The notes below the pieces were generated by a model that did not search any database, was not told the DNA's origin, and was given only the letters and a program-made list of their open reading frames with translations. From positions 31,825 to 95,824 of the forward strand of contig JBMOIG010000003.1 in the NCBI GenBank assembly GCA_049317445.1: a stretch of 64,000 nt of DNA, written 5' to 3'. Position 1 is the first letter of the stretch. Each line of letters starts with the position of its first letter. The stretch comes from Myxococcota bacterium (GTDB lineage: Bacteria > Myxococcota_A > UBA9042). A program made the position numbers and the translations under genes. Shown here one piece after another: positions 37,028 to 45,102 of the stretch.

Positions 37028-37240
37028 CTAGCCTTCGCTGCCGTCGCCAGTCGCAACCTTCTCGGTCACCACCGACTCCTGGTAGTACTCGCTGGTGTGC
37101 TGGCGGGTCGACACGACGCCCAGCGCCAGCTCGATCTCGCGGGTCAGGCGCTCGCACTCCGGCCCCTTGAGGCCCACCACCTTGATCGAGACTTCCCCGT
37201 TGTCATCGATGGTGAATTCGATCTCACGACGCGTGGCCAT
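37028..37240 (-). CDS. DUF2997-like small protein
   Basis: 70 aa, MATRREIEFTIDDNGEVSIKVVGLKGPECERLTREIELALG. This fits the DUF2997 pattern EIEF.I..DG.V...V.G.KG..C..LT..IE.ALG. Confidence 0.55.
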   Translation of the reverse strand: MATRREIEFTIDDNGEVSIKVVGLKGPECERLTREIELALGVVSTRQHTSEYYQESVVTEKVATGDGSEG

Positions 37241-37249
37241 TCTTGCCTC

Positions 37250-37660
37250 CTACTCGCTCCAAGAGGCCACCTTCAGGTGGATGTGGTTCTCTTCGTCCAC
37301 CTTCTCTTCCTCGAGCGTGTACCCCCGCTTCTGCACCTCTTCCTTGACGGTGTGGTAGGCGTAGCGCTGGTTGATGCGACGCGTGAACTCGTCCTGATTG
37401 AAACCGGCCGTCATCTCGACGAATTCCCAGTCGGCCACGAACGTGACCAGGCCGGTCTCCGCGTTGACGTTGACACCGATGTCGTACGTCTTCGACGCGT
37501 GGATGACCATCTGTGCCTGCGTCTTCTGCCCCAGATAGCCCTTGACGTGCACCAGCTGCTCGGCTTGGGCGCGCGTATAGGCGAACCCCAGCTCTTTCAA
37601 CACGAGCTCCAGGCGCATCAGGTTCTGGATCTTGGTCTGGACCGTCGTGAAGTGCGACAT
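37250..37660 (-). CDS. DUF1257-like protein
   Basis: 136 aa. The N-terminus MSHFTTVQTKIQNLMRLELVLKELGF matches the conserved MSHF(S/T)T(I/V) start of DUF1257 family members. Confidence 0.55.
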   Translation of the reverse strand: MSHFTTVQTKIQNLMRLELVLKELGFAYTRAQAEQLVHVKGYLGQKTQAQMVIHASKTYDIGVNVNAETGLVTFVADWEFVEMTAGFNQDEFTRRINQRYAYHTVKEEVQKRGYTLEEEKVDEENHIHLKVASWSE

Positions 37661-37675
37661 GCAGGGCTCCTCGCG

Positions 37676-39337
37676 TCACATTTCCAGACGGGGGGCGTCG
37701 TTGTCGGTCATGGGGGCATCGTCGGCAGGCGAGGCGCGCCGGGCGCGTGACTTCGACCACTCGCGCATCTCCGACAGTCGCTCGCGCATCGTCTGGCTCA
37801 GCGGAATGACCTCGCGGATGGCGAGCAGCAGGCTCTCGGTCGTGATGTCGGTCTTGCCCAGTCCCTCGTCGTAGGCATCGTACATCGACGTCACGATGAT
37901 CTCCTCGAGCTCCGAACCAGAGTAGCCGGCCGTCGCGTCCGTCAGCTTCTTCAAGTCGAAGTGCGCGGGGTCGCGGTGACGCCTGCGGAGGTGGATCTCG
38001 AAGATCGCCTGTCGTTCCTCACGGTTGGGCAGATCGACGAAGAAGATCTCGTCGAAGCGGCCCTTGCGCAGCAGCTCAGGCGGCAGCATCGACACGTCGT
38101 TGGCGGTCGCAATCACGAACACGGGCGAGGTCTTCTCCTGCAGCCAGGTCAAGAACGTCGCGAACACGCGCGCCGTCGTGCCACCGTCCGACTGGCCAGA
38201 GCTCTTGGTCCCCGAGAAGCCCTTCTCCAGCTCGTCCAGCCAAAGGATCGCAGGTGCCACGGCTTCCGCCGTCTTGATCGCGCGGCGCATGTTCTCCTCG
38301 GACGAGCCGACCAGCGAACCAAACACCTTGCCCACGTCCAACCGCAGCAGCGGCATCTGCCACGACTGCGAGATCGCCTTTGCTGACAATGACTTGCCGC
38401 AACCCGGCACGCCCAGCAGCAGGATACCCTTGGGCGGCGGCAGACCGAATTCCTGCGCGGCGGGGGTGAACGCGTTGCGACGCTTGTTCAGCCACTCCTT
38501 CAGGTTGTTCAGACCGCCGACTTCCTGCATGCCCAGCGAGCTCTCGTAGAACTCCAGAATGCCGCTCTTGCGGATGATGTGCTTCTTCTCGGCGAGGATC
38601 GTCTTGAGGTTGAAGCACTTGTCGCGCACTGTGGACTTGGCGAACACCTGACGTGCCTCAGACTCCGTCAGTCCCAGCGCGGCCTCGGCCACCTCGCGCT
38701 GCAGCTCCGGGCTCTCCAGCACCTTGGCGAAGTTCTTGCCGAATCGCTGCGAGCGGGCGCCGTGGAACGCGCTGTCGCGCACGATGTCTTCCAGCGTCTG
38801 GCGGTCCGGCAAGTCGAAATCGACGACGACCAGGTCCTTCTCCAGCTCGAGCGGGATCTTGACCATCGGCGACAAGAACACCACGCAGCGCTTGGCTTGC
38901 GTCGAATCTGCAAACAGTCCGGGCAGATCGCGCACGCGACGGGCCACCATCGGGTCGTTGAAGAACGGGTGGAAGTCGCGCAGAACCACCACGGCGTCGC
39001 GGGTCAGGTTGTTCGCAACCCAGTCGAGCGCGCGGATCGGATCGCGGATGTCGCCGGGCACGTCGGCGGTGTCGCAGCGAAAGCCCTGTGAACACGACCA
39101 CTTGATCAGCTGTCGCGGTTGCCAGTTCGTGACGTCCCAACGCTCTCGCAGCGGCGGACTGTCCAGCACGGCGAGGTCGCGCATCCACCTCTCGACCCGG
39201 TCTTCTTCGGCCGACACGACGTAGATCAGCTTGTACTGGGCGCGGATCAGGTAGTGCAGCTCATCGACGGCGCTGGGCACCGGTCGGTTGGGCGAGGCAG
39301 CAGCGGCTTCGGCAATCGGCGACACGGTCTGGGTCAT
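37676..39337 (-). CDS. AAA+ ATPase (classic AAA, CDC48/FtsH-type module with long N-terminal domain)
   Basis: Walker [15 protein letters not shown], Walker [10 protein letters not shown], the [26 protein letters not shown] and sensor 2 are all present. The start at 39337 (MTQTVSP) is preferred. The alternative at 39439 would overlap the FHA gene by 26 bp. Confidence 0.75.
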   Translation of the reverse strand: MTQTVSPIAEAAAASPNRPVPSAVDELHYLIRAQYKLIYVVSAEEDRVERWMRDLAVLDSPPLRERWDVTNWQPRQLIKWSCSQGFRCDTADVPGDIRDPIRALDWVANNLTRDAVVVLRDFHPFFNDPMVARRVRDLPGLFADSTQAKRCVVFLSPMVKIPLELEKDLVVVDFDLPDRQTLEDIVRDSAFHGARSQRFGKNFAKVLESPELQREVAEAALGLTESEARQVFAKSTVRDKCFNLKTILAEKKHIIRKSGILEFYESSLGMQEVGGLNNLKEWLNKRRNAFTPAAQEFGLPPPKGILLLGVPGCGKSLSAKAISQSWQMPLLRLDVGKVFGSLVGSSEENMRRAIKTAEAVAPAILWLDELEKGFSGTKSSGQSDGGTTARVFATFLTWLQEKTSPVFVIATANDVSMLPPELLRKGRFDEIFFVDLPNREERQAIFEIHLRRRHRDPAHFDLKKLTDATAGYSGSELEEIIVTSMYDAYDEGLGKTDITTESLLLAIREVIPLSQTMRERLSEMREWSKSRARRASPADDAPMTDNDAPRLEM

Positions 39338-39413
39338 GACCGGCTTCTCCTGCGGCACGATGGCGACTCGGTCAGGCGCGTTCGGCCCGTCCGTACCGCC
39401 GTTCAGTTCCACG

Positions 39414-41351
39414 TCACGGGATAACGTCGCCAGGACCATCAGCGCCCAGGTCGTGCCTGAGACCGACGACCATGCGCTCCTGCTCGATCAGGTCCTGCGC
39501 CAGCACGATCGCGATGTCGTTCATCATGTCGATCGCCTCGCCGGTCTCGGACTTCTGCCCCACGCCCGACTTCTCGAGCTGCTGGGCGTACCGGCGCACC
39601 AGAATCGCGTTCGACTTCGATGCCGCCACGGCGTCGACCAGCGCTTCGAATGCCTCGACCGTCTGCGGCGATACGCTGGCCTTGACTTCGGTCGTCGCCA
39701 ACACCTTCAGCTGGTCCTCGGACTCGCGCAGCTGCGCCTCCAACGACTCGATCTTCTTGAGATGCAGCGCCAGCTCGGCTTCCAGCTTCTTGCCATGGCT
39801 GCTGTCTGCCTGAACGGCTTCGAGCTTCAGCTCGGACTTCGCCAGGTCGCGCTGCAGCGTGCTCAGCTCTTCGCGCAGGCGCTCCGTCTCTCGGACCTTG
39901 GCCTTGAAGTCCGGGTGCTCGCTCACATCGACCAACGGCGCGGGCTTGCGCTCGGTCGCCTCGCGGCTCGCCTCGACCTCTGCCCGCAGGCCGTCGATCT
40001 GGCGGCTCTGCTGCAACAAGCGGTCGTTCAGCTCATCCACGCGGCGGGTGGCGGCGTGGTAGTCCTCGAGCAGGCGGCGCTTCTCGTGTTCGAGGTCGCT
40101 GATGCCGACGCCCATGCGGACCTGTCGGATCTCGATGTCCTTGTCGCGCAGGTCGATCCGCAGCTGCTCGATCAGCGATTCCTTTTCCTGAATCACTTCT
40201 TGCAGCAGGTTGATCTTGCGCTCCAGCCGATCGACGTCGCCGCCTTCGCGGTTGAACGAGGTCTGCAACGACTCGTTCTCGTCACGTGCCGCCCGCAGCT
40301 CGTACTCCAGCAGGTCCAGCTGCCGTTGCAACTCTTCGATCTGCCTATCTTTTTGCGTCAGACGCACCTTCAGGCCGCTCAACTGCTCGGTGGCCTCGGT
40401 CGCCTTCTCGCGCGCTGACCCGATCTGCTGCTCCAGCTCGGTCACGCGACGCTCAGCCTCGAAGGCATCGTCCTCGCGCTGCCGCAGCTCCCGGCGGGTC
40501 TCTTCCAGCGACCGGGTGATGACCTGATTCTGCTCCTTGAGCTTGACGTACTTGTCAGAAATACCTTCAAGTTCAACCGCATAGCGCATCGCTCGCGGCT
40601 CGCTCTCTTTGGCTTCCTTCTCTGCACGAGTTGCCCGGGCCTCGGCGTCGGCCAGCGCCTGTTCCAACGCCCGGACCTTGCGACGCAGCTCGGTCATCTC
40701 CGCGGCGTCGGCGACTGGAGCTCCTTGTCCGGTCGGATTGCGGGCGGGAACGACGGCGTCGCGCTGGCCGGTCTGCACGGTCGACCGAGGCGCTGCGGGC
40801 CGCGACTCGCCGCCGACCAGCTCTGCGGGCACCGGGGGAGCGCGGCGGGCGGTCGAAACGCCGGCTGCTTGAGCGGGAGGCGGCGCCGGCACGACGGCGG
40901 GCGACGAGCCAGAGGTCGAGGCGGACTGCGGAGCCTGCCGCGCCGCCACCGCAGCGGCGAGTCGAACGCTGTCGTCAGGGCGTAACCCGCTGGTCGGCAT
41001 GGCCTTCTGAGCCGGAGGCCGTGGCCGTTCCTCGCTGGCGCTACGGGAATCGCCGATCTCGCCTGACTTGGCGTGGATCTCCAGCACCTCGCCGCAGCGG
41101 ACGACGTCGCCCTCGCGGATGACCGCCCGTCGGGTGCGCTCGCCGTTGATGAAGGTGCCGTTCGACGATCCCAAGTCCTTGATGTAGTAGCCTTCTTCGT
41201 CCCAGCCGATGCGGCCGTGGTTGCGCGAGACGGTACTTTCCTTGGAGTAGACGCTTGACCCGGGGTTGCGCCCGATGGTGATCGGCTCGATGTCGGGCCG
41301 CAGCGGCAACTGCACGAGATTGCCGGTCACGTCGCGATACTCGAGGTACAT
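39414..41351 (-). CDS. FHA-domain protein with long coiled-coil
   Basis: The N-terminal FHA is ITIGRNPGSSVYSKESTVSRNHGRIGWDEEGYYIKDLGSSNGTFINGERT. About 400 aa of heptad-rich E/R/L/Q coiled coil follow. The internal start MYLEYRDV is taken. Confidence 0.7.
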   Translation of the reverse strand: MYLEYRDVTGNLVQLPLRPDIEPITIGRNPGSSVYSKESTVSRNHGRIGWDEEGYYIKDLGSSNGTFINGERTRRAVIREGDVVRCGEVLEIHAKSGEIGDSRSASEERPRPPAQKAMPTSGLRPDDSVRLAAAVAARQAPQSASTSGSSPAVVPAPPPAQAAGVSTARRAPPVPAELVGGESRPAAPRSTVQTGQRDAVVPARNPTGQGAPVADAAEMTELRRKVRALEQALADAEARATRAEKEAKESEPRAMRYAVELEGISDKYVKLKEQNQVITRSLEETRRELRQREDDAFEAERRVTELEQQIGSAREKATEATEQLSGLKVRLTQKDRQIEELQRQLDLLEYELRAARDENESLQTSFNREGGDVDRLERKINLLQEVIQEKESLIEQLRIDLRDKDIEIRQVRMGVGISDLEHEKRRLLEDYHAATRRVDELNDRLLQQSRQIDGLRAEVEASREATERKPAPLVDVSEHPDFKAKVRETERLREELSTLQRDLAKSELKLEAVQADSSHGKKLEAELALHLKKIESLEAQLRESEDQLKVLATTEVKASVSPQTVEAFEALVDAVAASKSNAILVRRYAQQLEKSGVGQKSETGEAIDMMNDIAIVLAQDLIEQERMVVGLRHDLGADGPGDVIP

Positions 41352-41551
41352 GGGATCGCGCCTCCAAGCGTACGGCAACCCGGCTCGCGAAACGGCGGCA
41401 AGTGGCGCCACTTCGGCACGGACAGACCACGACGCAGGGGGTCGATTCTAGTCTGAGCAGAGGCGTAGCGGCAAGGGGAACGGGACGCCGGACAACCGCC
41501 CAAGCGCGGGGAGTCGGTGACTTTTCCCGATCGCGCTGCGTCCAGATCGCG

Positions 41552-42355
41552 TCAGCGCCCCGGGCGCCGCAGCAGCTTGAGCCGCTGTGCCGCGCGTTGG
41601 CCCAGCTCGGTCCCCGGCCAAGTGCGCGCCAGCTGGTCCAGCACTTCCGCGGCCCCCTTGTCGTCGCCCAGCTGCAGGTACGTCAGCCCCAACTTGTAGA
41701 GAGCGTCGGGAACCTTGTTCCCTCTGGGATACGTCTGCGCGACTCTCAGGAAGGTCTGCGCCGCCGCCAGCCACTGCGACTGCGCATACCAGCTCTCGCC
41801 GACCCAATACAACGCGTTGTCGGCAAGCTCGTGCCGTCCATGCCGCAACACCATCTCGTCGAACAGCGCGCGTGCGGCGTCGTGCTGCCCTTGGTCCAGC
41901 AGCGCCTTGGCCTCTGCGTAAAGTGCCACCGCGGGATCTGCTTGCGACTTGCGGACTTCCTGCGGAGCTGGCTCTCCCGCAGGTCCCGATGCAACCACGA
42001 CCGGCTTGGCGACGGCAGGGACAGCTGCTGCTGCCCGAGTCTTGCCGTGGTGCCCGGCTCTTCCGGCGGGCTGCACGCGCACGGTCGGCACCGCGGGCAT
42101 CCAGGCGTCGTCGCGCCGGGCCCGCGCCACGCGCTCGGCGTCCACCTGCTCCTCGACCATCACCAGACGGTCGCGGACCTCAGCAAACTGCAGCCGCTCC
42201 GCCGCTCGGTTGCGCTTCATTTCGACGATCTCGCCGCGGACCTCACCCAGCTCGGTCTCCAGCTGCGTGACCCTGGCACCAGAGCAACCGGACATCGCCG
42301 CGGCTGCTCCGAGGATCCCCAGCAGGATCGAGAGGTTGAATGAGAACCGGTCCAC
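41552..42355 (-). CDS. TPR-repeat periplasmic protein, YbgF/CpoB-like
   Basis: An N-terminal signal is followed by an MSGCSG lipobox-like segment and a coiled-coil. The C-terminal TPRs are ALYAEAKALLDQGQHDAARALFDEMV...NALYWVGESWYAQSQW...ALYKLGLTYLQLGD. Confidence 0.55.
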   Translation of the reverse strand: MDRFSFNLSILLGILGAAAAMSGCSGARVTQLETELGEVRGEIVEMKRNRAAERLQFAEVRDRLVMVEEQVDAERVARARRDDAWMPAVPTVRVQPAGRAGHHGKTRAAAAVPAVAKPVVVASGPAGEPAPQEVRKSQADPAVALYAEAKALLDQGQHDAARALFDEMVLRHGRHELADNALYWVGESWYAQSQWLAAAQTFLRVAQTYPRGNKVPDALYKLGLTYLQLGDDKGAAEVLDQLARTWPGTELGQRAAQRLKLLRRPGR

Positions 42356-42433
42356 GCGCGCCTCGCAGGACGGGCTTCGGCCACCCGTGGCCGGACTCCC
42401 GCAGCAGCGACGCTAGCCCTCGCACAGAAACCG

Positions 42434-42805
42434 TCAAGAATTCCGCGACACGCCGCGTCGCAATCGCCCCCAGCCGACCCTGAGCGCGGGTGCGACGCGG
42501 GCCCATGCCAGACCGGCCGATCGCACCGCTGCCCCGGAGAGACCTGACGCGGGCACCGGCAACGTGACGGCGCCCAAGCGCAACTGCGCGACTCGCCCCA
42601 GCACGGCCGAAGCGGCGACCGGCGTGTCGGCCGTCGCACGCGTGTCGCCTCGGGTCTGAAGCACGCCCTGCCCCAAGGACGCGACGCGATGGACCCACAC
42701 CTCACCCGGCCGAACCCCCAGCGTGGCCACAAGGTCCCCGCGCCGCAGGTCCTCAAAAGGCACGCGCACAACCCCCGCCTGCCACGGCGCGGCCAGCGGC
42801 CACAT
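42434..42805 (-). CDS. S26 signal-peptidase-like serine protease (candidate leader peptidase)
   Basis: SGRSMWPLA resembles the GDSMxPTL catalytic Ser box. RRGDLVATLG and HRVASLGQGVLQTRGDTRATADTP resemble the KRVIGLPGD and GDNRxxSxDSR boxes. The internal start at 42805 is assumed, because the 176-aa ORF would overlap the rSAM gene. Confidence 0.45.
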   Translation of the reverse strand: MWPLAAPWQAGVVRVPFEDLRRGDLVATLGVRPGEVWVHRVASLGQGVLQTRGDTRATADTPVAASAVLGRVAQLRLGAVTLPVPASGLSGAAVRSAGLAWARVAPALRVGWGRLRRGVSRNS

Positions 42806-42840
42806 CGACCGTCCCGACAGGGTGTACCAGTCGATGCGGG

Positions 42841-44040
42841 TCACTTCGCCCCTCCCGACGGTTCCTTGACGCGACGCCCGCCGCCTCGCTGCGCGCGGTG
42901 GATGGGAAAGACGAACTGGTCGGGGGGGGGGCCGTCCTCGCCGCCTTCGGGAACGGTAGCCCATTCTTCTGCGGTGAAGGGGGGGCTTCCGGTCGCTTCG
43001 AAAGCCAAGAGTCGGGCGCGCGTCTCAGCGTGAAAGGAGTCCGGGGCCTTGCGGAAGTCCCCACTGCGCTTGAAGGCTTCACCGGGGCAATAGAAGCACA
43101 CGGAATTGCCGACGCAGGAGAGACAGCTGGAACGGTCCTTGTTCGTCCACGCGAGGATCTCCCGACGGATGGGCGAGTTGCGCCAGATATCGCCGAACGT
43201 CTGCTCGCGCACGTTGCCCAGCGCCATGGGCCAGGTCACGCAGGGCCACACGCTGCCGTCCGGAGCAATGTAGGCAGCCGTCCGCCCCGCCCCGCAAGTG
43301 TTTTGGTCCTCAAGGTCCTGCATCCGCGGTGGAGGCTGCGGCCCCGTGAGGCCGAGCAACTGCCTCATCGACGTCCTCACCCTCACGAGATCAGCTTCGC
43401 TTAACTGAAGCGTGTCCAGGGTGCTTGTGGCCGAATGGTCGCGACGGATCGTTCCGTTGAGAGTCACCTCACACCCGTCCGCGGCGAACCGGGCGTACAA
43501 TTCCTCCATCTCGTCCAACGTGTTCGCCTGCACGGTCATCGAGACGCGCACCGCCAAGCCCGCCTGACGCAGCAACTGGATCCCTTCCAGCGTTCGCAGG
43601 AGTGCCCCTGGGCGGCGCACAAAGGCGTCGTGAATCTCCGGCCGCAGCGAGTAGACGCTGACGTCGACTCGCGACGTGCGACTTCGCGCCAGCAGAGCCA
43701 CCCGCTCTTGCGTCAGGTTGCCAGCGTGCGTCTTGACCCGATTGACAAACCCGAGACTGGCCGCGAGCTCCAAGGCCTCATCCACATCCGGACGGAGAAA
43801 CAACTCCCCGCCGCTCCAAGTGAGGATCAGGACTCCGGCGTCGCGAAGCTGATGCAGCAGGCCCCGAAGCTCGTCAGGCTTCATCTCGGGCCAGTGCTTG
43901 TCGTCCAGATAGCAGTGCACGCAGTCGAGGTCGCAGCGATACGTGACGTCCAAGTGGGCGTGCAGCGGCATGTCGGCACGCCGATAGGCCCGAACCAACG
44001 CTTGGTCCGCGCCTCCTGAGTCGTCGAGCAGGTCAGCCAT
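42841..44040 (-). CDS. radical SAM / SPASM-domain peptide-modifying enzyme
   Basis: The CX3CX2C motif is LDVTYRCDLDCVHCY. The SPASM twin-Cys region is CGAGRTAAYIAPDGSVWPC...CLSCVGNSVCFYCPGE. The ATG overlaps the upstream gene stop as an ATGGCTGA coupling. Confidence 0.8.
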   Translation of the reverse strand: MADLLDDSGGADQALVRAYRRADMPLHAHLDVTYRCDLDCVHCYLDDKHWPEMKPDELRGLLHQLRDAGVLILTWSGGELFLRPDVDEALELAASLGFVNRVKTHAGNLTQERVALLARSRTSRVDVSVYSLRPEIHDAFVRRPGALLRTLEGIQLLRQAGLAVRVSMTVQANTLDEMEELYARFAADGCEVTLNGTIRRDHSATSTLDTLQLSEADLVRVRTSMRQLLGLTGPQPPPRMQDLEDQNTCGAGRTAAYIAPDGSVWPCVTWPMALGNVREQTFGDIWRNSPIRREILAWTNKDRSSCLSCVGNSVCFYCPGEAFKRSGDFRKAPDSFHAETRARLLAFEATGSPPFTAEEWATVPEGGEDGPPPDQFVFPIHRAQRGGGRRVKEPSGGAK

Positions 44041-44875
44041 CGCGGAGACCCTGAACGGTGGACGCCACGACCTCTCGCGAATCTTTCAGACAATGGTCAA
44101 GCCAAGCGGGCGGACAATCTTGCGTCAGATTCAGCACGTGTTCCAGCATCAGATTCCGGGTCGCACCACCGGCGAAGACGGCGTGCGGGATGAGGGAGGC
44201 GAACCGCTCGGCTTGGGCGACAGGGCGCAAGCCCGTCACGGAACGGTCGGGCGAGAGGATGCTCAGCCCCCCAACCGGCACCACCCAAGGCGCAATGGCG
44301 CGGGGCCGCCGCAGCTCCACGTGGCGCCACACGACCCAGCCGTCGTCTCCAGGCACCAGAAAGGCGTGCTCGTCGTGAAGGGCTTGGTCGGGAAACCGTC
44401 GGGAGAGTGTGGTCTTTCCCGCGCCGCTGTACCCTGCCACCACCCACACCCTACCCTCATAGGCCAGCGTGGCGGCGTGCAGGACCACCCCTCCAGCGCG
44501 CAGTACTTTCGCGTAGGCGACCCCAAACATCGCCTCCAGCGTGGCCGTGGGTCGACTGCGCGGGTCGTCGTCGTCGGTCGCAAGAGTGGCGGTGCCGGTC
44601 CCTGTTCGCCAATCGACCTGGACCAAGGCGTGCGCCGAAAGAAAGGCAAAGCCATCGTCGTCGAAGCGGGTGAAGCGAAGTCCGGCGTCGCTGCGGGGAG
44701 TGCCGTCGAGTGTGGCGTTCAGCTTGATGTCGGCAGGAAGGCCGGGCGGGTCCAACCAGCCGGTTCGGCCGGAATCGCGGCCCAGCGGAAAAATGACGGC
44801 CACCCGGAAGGGACCAAAGGCAGCCGTCGGGCAGTCCATCGAAGGTCCGCCACTGCGCCGAGTCGGAAACGTCAT
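44033..44875 (-). CDS. HPr kinase C-terminal-like P-loop protein (HprK-related)
   Basis: VVAGYSGAGKTTLS with a preceding GGVVLHAATLAYEGRVWV matches the HprK_C fold. There is no N-terminal HprK domain. The protein is 280 aa. Confidence 0.55.
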   Translation of the reverse strand: MTFPTRRSGGPSMDCPTAAFGPFRVAVIFPLGRDSGRTGWLDPPGLPADIKLNATLDGTPRSDAGLRFTRFDDDGFAFLSAHALVQVDWRTGTGTATLATDDDDPRSRPTATLEAMFGVAYAKVLRAGGVVLHAATLAYEGRVWVVAGYSGAGKTTLSRRFPDQALHDEHAFLVPGDDGWVVWRHVELRRPRAIAPWVVPVGGLSILSPDRSVTGLRPVAQAERFASLIPHAVFAGGATRNLMLEHVLNLTQDCPPAWLDHCLKDSREVVASTVQGLRDG

Positions 44876-45033
44876 GTCAGGTCAGGAGGAGCACCTTCAG
44901 GGTCCTTGCACACAACCGCGCTGGAAAGCAGTGCCGACAAGGATTCCCCCAGAGTCTCGATCGCGGGCGCAACATAGGGCATGAGGGCGTTCTTCTCCGC
45001 CTCACCTGTATTCAATTCGCGTTCGTTCTCCAT
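44872..45033 (-). CDS. candidate RiPP precursor peptide (53 aa)
   Basis: The peptide is MENERELNTGEAEKNALMPYVAPAIETLGESLSALLSSAVVCKDPEGAPPDLT. A strong RBS GGAAGGAG lies 5 nt upstream. Its stop overlaps the HprK-like start as ATGA. There is a single Cys near the C-terminus. Confidence 0.4.
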   Translation of the reverse strand: MENERELNTGEAEKNALMPYVAPAIETLGESLSALLSSAVVCKDPEGAPPDLT

Positions 45034-45102
45034 CGCTACTCCTTCCACCTTGTGGGCCCACAGTGTATCCGAAGACCGATCCGGCACAAGCATCCGTCGG
45101 GC

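Noticed and set aside
37676-39439. Longer start (39439) for the AAA+ ATPase
   Set aside because: It would overlap the upstream FHA gene by 26 bp. The internal ATG at 39337 is preferred, but the matter is unresolved.
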